Below are positions 1 to 10,342 of a stretch of DNA of 64,000 nt, piece by piece (positions within the stretch are counted from its first letter, which is position 1; the number at the start of each line of letters is the position of its first letter). The notes beneath the pieces are model-generated. The model was not told where the DNA came from and did not search any database. It saw only the letters and a program-made list of their open reading frames with translations. A program made the position numbers and the translations under genes. The stretch lies in contig JAIORP010000171.1 of the NCBI GenBank assembly GCA_021108075.1, forward strand, positions 68,041 through 132,040, read 5' to 3'. Origin of the DNA: Candidatus Omnitrophota bacterium. Lineage in GTDB: Bacteria > Omnitrophota > Gorgyraeia > Zapsychrales > Zapsychraceae.

Positions 1-399
1 CAGGGTTGCCAATAATCCAATTCCGGGCTGAACGGTCTTTTCTTCCTTGTGTCCTTTCCGCGTTCCTTCTGGAAACATCAGCAATGGCTTATCTTGTTTA
101 AGAATATTCAAAGACATACGAATAGCTTTGACATCCGATGAATTCCTTTTGATCGGAAACACATCTAAATGTCGCAATATCCAACTCATCACTCTAGATT
201 TAAACAGCGTATCCCGCGCAATAAAATTTAACCTCCGCGAAGTTGAAATCGGGATAACCATTGGATCCAGATAGCTTTGGTGATTGCTCGCTAAAATAAA
301 GGCCCCTTTTTTCGGGATATTCTCTTTGCCGACAATCTTTAATGGGAAAAAAATAACATGAAGAAATCTGACAAGAGACCAGGCGAACCAATAAAACAT
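1..399 (-). CDS. plsC: 1-acyl-sn-glycerol-3-phosphate acyltransferase (3' end runs off the window)
   Basis: Manual translation from ATG at 399: MFYWFAWSLV...FILASNHQSYLDP...LLMFPEGTRK, with the NHxSxxD and FPEGTR acyltransferase motifs; absent from the ORF track because it has no stop in the window. Confidence 0.9.
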   Translation of the reverse strand, partial: MFYWFAWSLVRFLHVIFFPLKIVGKENIPKKGAFILASNHQSYLDPMVIPISTSRRLNFIARDTLFKSRVMSWILRHLDVFPIKRNSSDVKAIRMSLNILKQDKPLLMFPEGTRKGHKEEKTVQPGIGLLATL

Positions 400-532
400 A
401 TTTTATCCTTAGAATATACCCGGCATTGTTTAAAGAGAATTTACATTGGAGCTTGACGAGGATTTAATGAGATTAACCCGGAGAAAACAAATCATCGCAG
501 TCTTACAATATCGCTCATTCTTACCGGCTTTA

Positions 533-1963
533 TTATTTCTTTCGCAACAGCTCTTCACCAAAACGGATTAACTCGACAGCGCGTTTCTTTGTTTTCGCTT
601 CTGAATAGGCCCGGACCAAAGGTTCCGTTCCCGACGGGCGCAGCATTAGCCAACTGCCGTCGTCACAGACAAGCTTGATCCCGTCGTAGCCCTTAACATT
701 AACGACTTTCCTGCCCAACAATGTCGTAATTTCACGGATTTCTTTTTCATGAAAACGGCCTTTTCCTGAAGGCAGGTCACAACGCTCATAATAATAGCGG
801 CCAAATTCCTTTTCCATGTCATCGAGTATCTGCTTGATATTCTTTTTCTCGTAAACCATCATCTCGACGAGCAACAACCCTGCCAGCGTGCCGTCACGTT
901 CCGGAATGTAATCCTGAACACCCATTCCGCCAGCTTCTTCACCGCCGGCCACAATATTTTTTGTGATCATCAGTTCAGAGATATACTTGAAACCGACGGG
1001 GGTTTCATATAGCTCCAGGCCCAACTTCTTGGCGATATTATCCATCATCGTTGTCCCGCAAATGGTTTTGACAATGCCGCCTTTGCGCCCGCGGTTGCGG
1101 ACCAAATGAAGGACCAATAAACCTAAAATCTTTTGTGGGTGCAGATACTCGCCCGTCGAGTCGACAGCTGCAATTCGGTCAGCGTCCCCATCTAAGATCA
1201 ATCCAATATCAAACTTTTCTCTCTTCACTCTTTTAAGAAGCTCTCCGACATACGCCTTGACCGGTTCAGGTTTGGCCCCGCTGAAATAGGGATTAATTTC
1301 CGAACGCATTAAAGAAAGTTTCAGGGATGTGCCTTTAACGGCGTCTTCCATCAACGTGCCGCCACTCCCATGCATCACATCCGTTAATATTTTAAACTTG
1401 GCGTTCTTCATTTTTTTTAGGTCAAGGTAATGACGCATAAACGTCATATAATCTTTCTTAAAGTCGTGCATGACGATCTTTTTCTCATCAAGCGCATCCT
1501 CAAGGGGCATTTGCTTAACAGGCGTTTTAAACAAATCATTCTCGACTGTTGAAGTGATATCCGTTCCAGCACCGCCGCCCTGTTCCGTCTTTATTTTTAT
1601 ACCGTTGAACTTAGCCGGATTATGGCTGGCTGTTATCATCACGCCGGCCACACTCTTCGTTGTGACAACGCCATAACTTAAAGCCGGGGTAGGGATGTCG
1701 GCATCCGACAAATAAACCTCAATACCATTTTTTGCCAGCACACAACCAACTAATTCAGCATATTCTCTGGACAAAAAACGCGTATCATAACCAACCGCGA
1801 CCTTTTTCGGCTGCCCTTTAACTTTCGGCTTTAAATCCTTTTTAACCCAGTTACTAATCGACTGCGCGACCACTGCGACATTTTTAAAGGTAAAATTATC
1901 AGAAATAACACCTCGCCACCCATCAGTGCCAAATTTTATTTCTTTGTTTACTTTATTTGCCAT
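533..1963 (-). CDS. Phosphoglucomutase/phosphomannomutase family protein
   Basis: FGTDGWRG, ITASHNP catalytic Ser, DGDADR metal loop, RPSGTEP. Confidence 0.93.
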   Translation of the reverse strand: MANKVNKEIKFGTDGWRGVISDNFTFKNVAVVAQSISNWVKKDLKPKVKGQPKKVAVGYDTRFLSREYAELVGCVLAKNGIEVYLSDADIPTPALSYGVVTTKSVAGVMITASHNPAKFNGIKIKTEQGGGAGTDITSTVENDLFKTPVKQMPLEDALDEKKIVMHDFKKDYMTFMRHYLDLKKMKNAKFKILTDVMHGSGGTLMEDAVKGTSLKLSLMRSEINPYFSGAKPEPVKAYVGELLKRVKREKFDIGLILDGDADRIAAVDSTGEYLHPQKILGLLVLHLVRNRGRKGGIVKTICGTTMMDNIAKKLGLELYETPVGFKYISELMITKNIVAGGEEAGGMGVQDYIPERDGTLAGLLLVEMMVYEKKNIKQILDDMEKEFGRYYYERCDLPSGKGRFHEKEIREITTLLGRKVVNVKGYDGIKLVCDDGSWLMLRPSGTEPLVRAYSEAKTKKRAVELIRFGEELLRKK

Positions 1964-1965
1964 AT

Positions 1966-2559
1966 CTAGCTCCTCTCAAAATTAACAACTTCATACAAAT
2001 GATGTTTTTTGATATATTCACATACAGCCGGGGGAACCAAATAATGGATGGAGTTTCCTGAAGTCGTCCTTTTACGGATATACGAGGATGACACATCCAG
2101 TCCTGGCATGGTAACCGAACTAACTTTTATTTTTGATTGCCCCTTATCCATCCCAGGTCGGTTCACAACAACAAATGAAACAATTTTTAAAATCTCGTCA
2201 ATATCCCGCCACTGTTGCAGCGTCTCCAAACTATCTTCGCCGATGATAAAGAAAAACTTAGCGCCTTCCGGATATTGAGCTTCAAAGAAACGGACGGTAT
2301 CGATGCTATACGATTTTTTACGCCGTTTTATTTCATAGTCGCAAATATCGAAATAAGGGTTATCTTCAATCGCTAACCGGACCATGCTGTAACGGTGTTT
2401 GGCTGAAATGACATTTTTTGTTGATTTATGTGGCGGCCAAAACGACGGAACAAAAACAACACTATCTAACCGTTTTTTTTCCAAAGCCACTTGGGCTATT
2501 GCCAGATGCCCAATATGGAGAGGATTAAAGGTGCCGCCCAAAATCCCAATACGCTTCAC
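1966..2559 (-). CDS. nadD: Nicotinate-nucleotide adenylyltransferase
   Basis: GGTFNPLHIGH, SYSIDT and VSSSYIR motifs. Confidence 0.95.
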   Translation of the reverse strand: MKRIGILGGTFNPLHIGHLAIAQVALEKKRLDSVVFVPSFWPPHKSTKNVISAKHRYSMVRLAIEDNPYFDICDYEIKRRKKSYSIDTVRFFEAQYPEGAKFFFIIGEDSLETLQQWRDIDEILKIVSFVVVNRPGMDKGQSKIKVSSVTMPGLDVSSSYIRKRTTSGNSIHYLVPPAVCEYIKKHHLYEVVNFERS

Positions 2560-3827
2560 GTTCGAATTTGTCCTTTTCCTCTAATACAATATTTATAAGT
2601 CGTTAGCCCTTCCAACGCCATCGGCCCCCGAACATGCAACTTATCGGTACTGATCCCTACCTCCGCACCGAACCCAAACTGATACCCATCGGTAAATCTC
2701 GTCGAGGCATTGTGGTATAAACAGGCTGAATCGACAGACTTAAAAAATTTCTCTGCTTCGCTTTTGTTCTCCGTGACAATCGCGTCCGAATGACGGGAAC
2801 CATATGTATTGATATGAACGATGGCAGCATCTAAATCCTTGACAACCTTTACGGACAAAATCAAGTCAAGATATTCTGTTGTCCAGTCCAGTTCATCAGC
2901 TTTGTTTGGCTTGTTCTTAAGGATGCGCCTCGTTCGCGAACACCCCCGTATTTCAACACCTGCCGCAGTCAGATGCTCAAAGACTATGGGTAAAAATTCC
3001 CCTGCGATCCTTTCACTCACCAGCATTGTTTCCATGGCATTGCAAACTCCGGGCCTTTGCACCTTCGCATTAACGCATATATCCACCGCCATGGCTAAGT
3101 CCGCTTTATCACTCACAAAGGTATGACAAACCCCCTTGTAATGCTTCACAACCGGAATACGCGAGTTCTCGGCCACAAAACGAATAAGACCCTCACCACC
3201 ACGAGGAACAATCAAGTCGACATATTGATCCAGACCCAGCATAATGTGGACCGCCGCTCTATCTGTAGAATCAATCAATTGCACCGCTTGATAAGGAATC
3301 TCCGTTTGTTTTAAAGCATCGCGTATTAATTTAAAAATAGTCTTATTAGAATAAAAGGCTTCTTTGCCACCCTTTAAGATCGCCGCGTTCCCGGACTTTA
3401 AACATAAACCAATGCAATCACTCGTCACATTCGGTCGGGATTCAAAAATAATGCCAATCACACCGATGGGCGTCCTGACTTTCTCAATGATCAAGCCATT
3501 CGGCCGTTCAAATGTTTCTAAGACGTCACCAACAGGATCCGCCAGCGCAGCCGTATCTTTCAGACATTTTGACATTTCGATAATGCGTTTATCATCAAGC
3601 ACCAAACGATCGACAAGGGCCTTAGGATAATTCTGCTTCCGGGCCGCCTTCAAATCTTTCTTATTTTCTTTAACAATGAAATCCTGATGATCAAGGATAA
3701 CCTGGGCCAAATGCTTTAAAATCTTATTTTTTGTTTTCGTCGGGACCAAAGCGAGAGACAAAGCAGCTAATTTGGCGTTTTGAGCCATTCTTATAATTTG
3801 TTGATCTTTTGCTGTCTTTTTCACCAT
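2556..3827 (-). CDS. proA: Gamma-glutamyl phosphate reductase
   Basis: PIGVIGIIFESRPNV, CNAMET, NASTRFTDG, GISTDKLHVRGP. Confidence 0.96.
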   Translation of the reverse strand: MVKKTAKDQQIIRMAQNAKLAALSLALVPTKTKNKILKHLAQVILDHQDFIVKENKKDLKAARKQNYPKALVDRLVLDDKRIIEMSKCLKDTAALADPVGDVLETFERPNGLIIEKVRTPIGVIGIIFESRPNVTSDCIGLCLKSGNAAILKGGKEAFYSNKTIFKLIRDALKQTEIPYQAVQLIDSTDRAAVHIMLGLDQYVDLIVPRGGEGLIRFVAENSRIPVVKHYKGVCHTFVSDKADLAMAVDICVNAKVQRPGVCNAMETMLVSERIAGEFLPIVFEHLTAAGVEIRGCSRTRRILKNKPNKADELDWTTEYLDLILSVKVVKDLDAAIVHINTYGSRHSDAIVTENKSEAEKFFKSVDSACLYHNASTRFTDGYQFGFGAEVGISTDKLHVRGPMALEGLTTYKYCIRGKGQIRT

Positions 3828-3904
3828 GATCGTTTCCTGTTGATTTGATGGAAGGTTAACTCAAATAAATCAAAAAGTCAATATACAAATAATTTTATTA
3901 ATAA

Positions 3905-4006
3905 TACCAATTCCATTAAATAATGACCAACTCCAATTCTGCTTTTCTCGACGATTTAGCGAGAATATCAGAATTAAGATAGAACAATTTATTAATGAAT
4001 TTGGTA
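3905..4006. mobile_element. MITE-like element, subfamily A, 102 bp
   Basis: Ends TACCAATTCCATTAA...TTAATGAATTTGGTA; TAA on both flanks (3902-3904, 4007-4009); near-identical to the reverse complement of 52090-52191. Confidence 0.88.
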
Positions 4007-4055
4007 TAAGAATAAAAATCCGGTTCTTTTTATTAAAATAAAGACTCACAACACC

Positions 4056-5144
4056 TTATCGTTGAGCTAAAACCAAGTTATCGCGATGGATCGCTTCCAG
4101 CTTGCCGCGTTTGTCTTTCATTTGATATAAATCGGCAATAGAATAATTCACAATACCCCGGGCAATCTCATGTTTCACCTGATCACAAACAACCACCACA
4201 TCTCCCTGCTTAAAATGTCCTTTCCAACTCACAACACCCGGCAAGAGAAGGCTGCGCCGACCGGTCAATAGCGCCGCCTGGGCCCCTTGATCAATAATGA
4301 TAAAGCCCTTTGGTTTAACCCCGAACGAGATCCAATGTTTGCGCGCCAAAAGCTTTTCCTTCTTCTCACTAAAAAATGTTCCGATCCGTTCACCCCCCAA
4401 TACCCGGGACAGAACATCTTCTGTCTCGCCATTGGCGATGATGCAGGGAATGTTCGCGTGAGTCGCTATTTTAATCGCCTCAAGCTTGGCAATCATCCCG
4501 CCTTTTGCAATGTGTTTCTTCTTCGTTCCGGAAGCAATGCTCTCAATCTCGTCTGTGATCTCTTTAATCTCTTTAAAAAAATACCTGGTTCCGTCCTTGA
4601 TATCATACAAACCCTCGACGTCAGACAGAAGCAGCAACAAATCAGCCCCGATCAGACCCGCAACCAGGGCGGACAACCTGTCATTATCGCCGAACTTAAT
4701 TTCTTCGGTTGAGATGGTATCGTTCTCATTTACAATCGGAACAATCTTGTTCGAGAAGCAGGCATTTAAAGTGTCACGCGCATTGTTATACCGAGTACGA
4801 TTGTCAAAATCATCCCACGTTAACAATATCTGAGCGCAACAACTCCCATGTTTCTTAAAAAAATTAAGATACTTATTCATTAAAATGGTTTGACCCGTCG
4901 CGGCCAAGGCTTGCAATGTGGCCAAGTTCGCATTGCGGGTCATGTGATTCATCGCCCCCATTCCAAACACAATCGCTCCGGAACTAACCAATACCACATC
5001 GATATTCTTTTGCCTGGCCTGACAAATCTGTTCGACCAAAGACCGCAGGCGCGCCACACGCGGTTTCATCCTGTACGTGGCGATGACACTTGAGCCGACT
5101 TTGATAACAACCCGTTTTATTGGTCGCGGGAACTTTCTTGGCAT
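4056..5144 (-). CDS. proB: Glutamate 5-kinase with PUA domain
   Basis: VVIKVGSS, VNENDT, FGDNDRLSA, GGMIAK, C-terminal PUA (SLLLPGV). Confidence 0.95.
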   Translation of the reverse strand: MPRKFPRPIKRVVIKVGSSVIATYRMKPRVARLRSLVEQICQARQKNIDVVLVSSGAIVFGMGAMNHMTRNANLATLQALAATGQTILMNKYLNFFKKHGSCCAQILLTWDDFDNRTRYNNARDTLNACFSNKIVPIVNENDTISTEEIKFGDNDRLSALVAGLIGADLLLLLSDVEGLYDIKDGTRYFFKEIKEITDEIESIASGTKKKHIAKGGMIAKLEAIKIATHANIPCIIANGETEDVLSRVLGGERIGTFFSEKKEKLLARKHWISFGVKPKGFIIIDQGAQAALLTGRRSLLLPGVVSWKGHFKQGDVVVVCDQVKHEIARGIVNYSIADLYQMKDKRGKLEAIHRDNLVLAQR

Positions 5145-6094
5145 AATATTGCTCGCAGTTTCTCAACTAATTCATCTAATCCAATCTTATCCTTCGCTGA
5201 TATCTCAATGATATCCTGCTTATATTTCGCATGAAATCGCTGAATATGTTCCTTTGCTTCAGGCAGATCAACTTTGTTGGCCACGACCAGTTTATGCTTT
5301 GCATTGAGAATATCACCATATTCATTAATCTCATGATTAATTTTCTGGTAATCTTGCAAGGGATCGCGCCCTTCTGATCCAGCGATATCAACCATATGGA
5401 CCAGAATCTTGGTTCTCTCCGCGTGTTTTAAGAAACGATCACCCAAACCTTTGCCTTTATGCGCACCTTCAATGATACCGGGAAGGTCTGCGATAATAAA
5501 ACTGTTTTCCTCATCAGGAACAAATCCTAAGACAGGCTGTTTGGTTGTAAAATGATATTGAGCGATTTTCGATTTAACTTTAGAAATTTGAGAGATTAAA
5601 GTTGATTTGCCTGCATTAGGAAAGCCGATAATACCGACATCAGCGATGAGTTTTAATTCTAAACCAATCGTCCTTTCTTCACCTGGCCTTGGTGGCTTTG
5701 ACCCTTGTTTATGAGCATTGCCCCAACCACCCCGGCCCCCTTCAGCGACGATGATGGATTGTTGATCGTCCGTTAGATCTTTTATCAATAACTTTGTTTC
5801 ATAATCCCGAACGATCGTGCCGCGAGGAACACGCAAGACACTGTCTTTTCCCGTACGGCCTGTTTTGCCCTTGCTGCTCCCATGACCGCCGTTAGCGGCT
5901 TTATAGTGTTGTTTATAGCGGAAATCCAATAGTGTTTTGATTCGCCCATCGGCGATGATGACGATTTCACCGCCATTCCCACCATCTCCACCGTCCGGGC
6001 GGGCATGACGCATGTGCTTATCACGATAAAAGCTATCGCAACCTTTTCCTCCTGCACCAGCTTTAACAAAAATTCTAGCCTCATCAACGAACAT
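5117..6094 (-). CDS. obgE: GTPase ObgE/CgtA
   Basis: MFVDEARI, Gly-rich Obg fold, GFPNAGKST, DLPG, NKVD. Confidence 0.96.
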   Translation of the reverse strand: MFVDEARIFVKAGAGGKGCDSFYRDKHMRHARPDGGDGGNGGEIVIIADGRIKTLLDFRYKQHYKAANGGHGSSKGKTGRTGKDSVLRVPRGTIVRDYETKLLIKDLTDDQQSIIVAEGGRGGWGNAHKQGSKPPRPGEERTIGLELKLIADVGIIGFPNAGKSTLISQISKVKSKIAQYHFTTKQPVLGFVPDEENSFIIADLPGIIEGAHKGKGLGDRFLKHAERTKILVHMVDIAGSEGRDPLQDYQKINHEINEYGDILNAKHKLVVANKVDLPEAKEHIQRFHAKYKQDIIEISAKDKIGLDELVEKLRAILCQESSRDQ

Positions 6095-6108
6095 AGACGG
6101 TGCGCTAC

Positions 6109-6420
6109 TTAAGCGGCAATTTTTTTAATGGTTAACGATGTTAATTTCTGACGGTGGCCATTCTTAACAGCCGAATCTTTACGGCGACGGTATTTAAACG
6201 CGATAACTTTATCATCCAATATCTGCTTATTGACATCCGCCTCAACTTTAGCCCCGTCAACATAAGGTTGTCCAATCCGAACATCCCCATCTTTTTCCAG
6301 CAACAAAACTTTCTCAACGGTCAATGAGTCCCCTGCTTCTTTTTCTAAACGATCAACAAGAATCACATCGCCCTCTGACACTTTATACTGCATTGCCCCT
6401 ACTTCAATAATCGCATACAC
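6109..6420 (-). CDS. rplU: 50S ribosomal protein L21
   Basis: MYAIIE.G..QYKV..GD, IGQPYV, GHRQ; GTG start with GGAGGAG RBS. Confidence 0.96.
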   Translation of the reverse strand: MYAIIEVGAMQYKVSEGDVILVDRLEKEAGDSLTVEKVLLLEKDGDVRIGQPYVDGAKVEADVNKQILDDKVIAFKYRRRKDSAVKNGHRQKLTSLTIKKIAA

Positions 6421-6579
6421 AATAACTCCTCCTCAGCTTATATTCGAAATGTGCGTTTCAAATTTTGACAATATTTACACAAGCCCAACCAGGTCAAATC
6501 CCTGGACCCAAATGATAAAATGTTGGGAAGCATTTATTTTAGTGGTATTTTTATTTTTTTCAACAAAAAAAAATGGAGG

Positions 6580-7896
6580 CTAAACGATCTTGACTTTTCC
6601 ACGGCCATCACAAAAAGGGCACTTTCCAAATGAAATGGACTCAATCGTCTTTCCGGTCCTGGCCCTGGTCATCTCAACCAGGCCCAGAGGCGAAATGCGG
6701 TTCACTTCTGTTTTGGCCCGGTCTTTTGTCAGCGCGCGTTTTAATGCGTCTAGAACCCTGCGTTTATGATCCTCCCTGGTCATATCGATGAAATCAATGA
6801 CAATAATACCACCTAAATCCCTTAGGCGCAACTGTCTGGCAATTTCAGGGACAACTTCCATGTTAACCATAAAAGCAGCTTCTCCAGGAGAGGCCTTTGT
6901 CTTAAACTTCCCGCTATTGACATCAACAACAATCAAACCCTCGGTTTGCTCAATAACGATGTACGCGCCAGATCTCACGGGAACGTTTATATCATATATT
7001 TTATTAAGTTCGTTAGAAACATTCTTTGCGTCAAAAAGGGATTGGGAGCCCTTATAATGATGCAATTTGTTTAGCATTTGCTTTCCAATTAATGTTTGAA
7101 TAAATTTCTTTATCTTATTGTATTCGGTTTCATCGTCGATGATCAGCTTGCTGATGCGGTCGGTTAAATTGTCACGAACAATTTTCCACATCAACTCGCC
7201 TTCTTCATAAATCAAAGCCGGCGCCTTTTCCCGTTCCGTTTTCTTACTAATCTTCAGCCACATGTTGTAAAGGAACTTCGCATCCCGAACAATTTCACGC
7301 CTTCCTTGCTTAAGAGCTGCAGTGCGAACGATCAAACCGCCACTCTTCGCAAAAGAAAAATCTTTTATCACATCACGCAATCTTTGCCTTTCGTCCGAAG
7401 GCTCAATTTTTTTTGATATGCCCGTGTGCTTATCAAACGGCATATAAACGACAAACCGGCCAGGCAAAGAAACATGAGTTGTGAGTCTCGCACCCTTTTC
7501 TCCGAAAGGATCCTTGACCACTTGGACAAGAATTTCTTGCCCCACATTCAAATGATGCTCATTTGAATGATTTGACCTTGTTTTTGTTTCCTTTACCGTT
7601 TTCTTTTTTTTCTTCTTTAATATTTTATCAATCAGTTTACTCCGGCCATTGATCTCTTCTTCTATTAATGGGCTCACGGCATCTGTTAAATAAAGAAACC
7701 CATTACGTTCCTGGCCAATATTGACAAAAGCTGCGTTAATAGAAGGAAGGATCGATTCGACCCTTCCTTTATATATATTCCCTAATAATGATTGATACCG
7801 ATCTACTTCTATAAAAAAATCATCTACTCGCCCATTATCAATAATGGCGACCTGGCGTTCACTCTTCTGAACGCGAATGAGTATTTCCTTTGGCAC
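6580..7896 (-). CDS. rng: Ribonuclease G/E family (Rne/Rng)
   Basis: GNIYKGRV S1 domain, DVNSG, RQLRLRDLGGIIVIDFIDM, CPFC zinc link. Confidence 0.9.
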   Translation of the reverse strand: MPKEILIRVQKSERQVAIIDNGRVDDFFIEVDRYQSLLGNIYKGRVESILPSINAAFVNIGQERNGFLYLTDAVSPLIEEEINGRSKLIDKILKKKKKKTVKETKTRSNHSNEHHLNVGQEILVQVVKDPFGEKGARLTTHVSLPGRFVVYMPFDKHTGISKKIEPSDERQRLRDVIKDFSFAKSGGLIVRTAALKQGRREIVRDAKFLYNMWLKISKKTEREKAPALIYEEGELMWKIVRDNLTDRISKLIIDDETEYNKIKKFIQTLIGKQMLNKLHHYKGSQSLFDAKNVSNELNKIYDINVPVRSGAYIVIEQTEGLIVVDVNSGKFKTKASPGEAAFMVNMEVVPEIARQLRLRDLGGIIVIDFIDMTREDHKRRVLDALKRALTKDRAKTEVNRISPLGLVEMTRARTGKTIESISFGKCPFCDGRGKVKIV

Positions 7897-7948
7897 TATC
7901 CACCTACTACTTTCTTCTATATAAATTGCATCATAAATGCGAAACGAA

Positions 7949-9313
7949 TTATTCTTCGTCTAACTGCGCTGTAACGATATGCGGAGTCAGAAAAATAATA
8001 ATATCTGTTTTCGCAATTGTTTTTTCTTTCTTTCTGAAAAGATATCCAAAAACCGGAATATCCCCGACAAGCGGTGTCCTCTTGATAATGTCTGTTGTTT
8101 TATCGCGAATAAGTCCAGCGATCACCAACGTTTCCGCATCTTTAACCATAACGGTGGTGCGGGCTTCTTCCTTATTAATCAACGGAAGATTAATATTATC
8201 AAAAGGAACCGTTCCCGTCATTTCTGAAACGGTCGGAATGATCTCCATCGTGACAAAACCCGCATTGTTCACGTGCGGCGTCACCTCAAACTGAATTCCG
8301 ATAGTCTTCCAGGAGAATCCGTTAACCTGCAATTGCGCCTGCTCTTCATTGTAGGAATATTGAGGGATAGGATAATCTGTTCCCACTTCAATATGCGCCG
8401 TTTTGTTATCCATGGTTACAATTCTTGGAGCAGACAAAATGTTTGTATCTGTGCGCGCTTTCAACGCCTCAAATACAGCCTGCAATTGAGTTAAATTCAA
8501 GGTCCCGTACGTGAAGTTCAAGTTCGCCTGCGACGTGCTCGGAAGAGTCGAATCCGGCCCGGGAAAGTTGTCCGACATGAAACGATCGTCTGCGTTACTC
8601 GAGAACGGCCATGTTGTTGGCCGTTTAGATCCTTGGAATGTTGCTTGCGTCAACCAATCAATCCCTAATTTGTCTGAATCATTTAACGTTGTTTCGACAA
8701 TTTTTGCCTCAATCAGGACCTGCGGAGTGGTTTGGTCTAACTGTTTAATCACGTTTGCCATCAGGTCAATATTACTGGGAACATCGGTCACGATCATCAT
8801 GTTCGTACGCTCATCGATATTGACACTCCCTCTGTCTGATTTCATTTGCTCAACGGATTCGACAATTTCCGCGGCTTTACCAAAATTCAGTGAAAACGTT
8901 TCAGTCACCAAAGGTTCCTGCTCCGCGAGTAAAACAGCATCTTCCCGACTCTTCTTTAACTGATCAACTGTCGTGACAAGAATGATATTACCCTTTTTTT
9001 CATAAGCATAACCGTATGTCTTAACAATGACATCCAACGCACGTTGCCAATGAACTTCCCGCAATTGAATTGTGACTAAACCTGTCACTTCCGGACTGGC
9101 GACGATGTTTACATCACTTTTGTATGCGAGAATTTTAAAAACATTGCGAATATCAGCATCCTTCAAATCTAAACTGACATTTCCTTCCTGATTCATTGTT
9201 ACCATTTCATTCTCAGGAGTTTCTTCTTGATTCACTTGTGCATAGGTCGTGGACGTTATCGGTGCGAAAAATAGAACCCAAAGACTGAGAAGAACTAGGG
9301 CCTTCTTTAACAT
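7949..9313 (-). CDS. pilQ: Type IV pilus secretin PilQ (short, no AMIN domains)
   Basis: Signal peptide, SLDLKDADIRNV (STN), PQVLIEAKIVE, GIQFEVTPHV, PLVGDIPVFGYLF; last gene of pilMNOP. Confidence 0.88.
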   Translation of the reverse strand: MLKKALVLLSLWVLFFAPITSTTYAQVNQEETPENEMVTMNQEGNVSLDLKDADIRNVFKILAYKSDVNIVASPEVTGLVTIQLREVHWQRALDVIVKTYGYAYEKKGNIILVTTVDQLKKSREDAVLLAEQEPLVTETFSLNFGKAAEIVESVEQMKSDRGSVNIDERTNMMIVTDVPSNIDLMANVIKQLDQTTPQVLIEAKIVETTLNDSDKLGIDWLTQATFQGSKRPTTWPFSSNADDRFMSDNFPGPDSTLPSTSQANLNFTYGTLNLTQLQAVFEALKARTDTNILSAPRIVTMDNKTAHIEVGTDYPIPQYSYNEEQAQLQVNGFSWKTIGIQFEVTPHVNNAGFVTMEIIPTVSEMTGTVPFDNINLPLINKEEARTTVMVKDAETLVIAGLIRDKTTDIIKRTPLVGDIPVFGYLFRKKEKTIAKTDIIIFLTPHIVTAQLDEE

Positions 9314-9314
9314 G

Positions 9315-9713
9315 TTATTCCTCCTTTTTAATATTCAACTCGTATTTAATTTTATTTTTAAATAAAATCACCTTTTCTTTTTCTATCCGGTGAATTTTAA
9401 ATTGACCGACCTTATCGTTCTCCTGAACGATCCGTCCATTAATTATCGCAATATTCTTACCTCCGTCACCTAACATGATCCCTTCGAGCAATAAGTCCGT
9501 TATCGAGAATTCGTTCTCATATCTCACAATTTCACCCGTCGGCTTCACCAACGGCCAAAACGGATCACGTCTCCCTTTGTCGTCATAATTAAATTTCTCC
9601 TCACCTCCTTCAATATTATTTTGTGTTTCGTCCGCATTGACAGAGATAACCATGCAAAAAAATATTGCAACAATTGAAATGCCAACACTCGTTACTGATT
9701 TCTTTCTTATCAT
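9315..9713 (-). CDS. PilP-like pilus assembly protein
   Basis: Position between pilO and pilQ; RRDPF motif; LEGI...AIING beta domain. Confidence 0.7.
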   Translation of the reverse strand: MIRKKSVTSVGISIVAIFFCMVISVNADETQNNIEGGEEKFNYDDKGRRDPFWPLVKPTGEIVRYENEFSITDLLLEGIMLGDGGKNIAIINGRIVQENDKVGQFKIHRIEKEKVILFKNKIKYELNIKKEE

Positions 9714-10342
9714 GTCTTTTTATCTTTTTTATCCTTATCATCTTCCTTAGCGTCCTCGACGATGATCGTCAGCAATGTCAGTTTTAAGGTATGCTCTTTA
9801 ATATTGCTTGAACTCGCCAAAGAAAATGTCGATGTTTTAATAAATATTTCTTCCTGTTCCAACGAACTTAAAAAACGGCCAAAATTGTGATACGTACTCC
9901 GAGCCTCAATATAAATGGGTAAATAGTAGTACACTTTCTTGTCTTTCTCAAGAATTTCCGTCTGATCATCCGGTTCAGGCATGATGCGGTCAATTTTTAT
10001 ACCGTTTTTATCCGCCAAAAAAGATATTTTCTCGAGGATATTAGGAACATCTTCTCTTAACTTTATGTTTTTCCTGATTTCAGCCAGGGTCTCTTTCAAT
10101 TCCTTTACTTGAATGCGGTAGTCTTCTATCCGCTTGAAATCATTTTCAACCCTTTGAATGTCGTCATTAAGGATGCTTATCTTAGGACTCAGTCCCATCA
10201 ATGTCCCTAATTGCGGACCGATAAAAACAAAATAATCTAAAAGAAAAATCAGCAATAAAACACCGATAAAAAGATAATAACGATTCTTTTCATCGATATT
10301 CTGCAACATTTCCACATATTTGTTTAATTTTTCGTTTTTCAT
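9710..10342 (-). CDS. pilO: Type IV pilus assembly protein PilO
   Basis: N-terminal TM, coiled coil, YYYLPIYI...STYHNFGRFL. Confidence 0.85.
   Translation of the reverse strand: MKNEKLNKYVEMLQNIDEKNRYYLFIGVLLLIFLLDYFVFIGPQLGTLMGLSPKISILNDDIQRVENDFKRIEDYRIQVKELKETLAEIRKNIKLREDVPNILEKISFLADKNGIKIDRIMPEPDDQTEILEKDKKVYYYLPIYIEARSTYHNFGRFLSSLEQEEIFIKTSTFSLASSSNIKEHTLKLTLLTIIVEDAKEDDKDKKDKKT

Noticed and set aside
6421-6579. Possible L21 leader RNA
   Set aside because: Only a weak hairpin; no recognisable consensus
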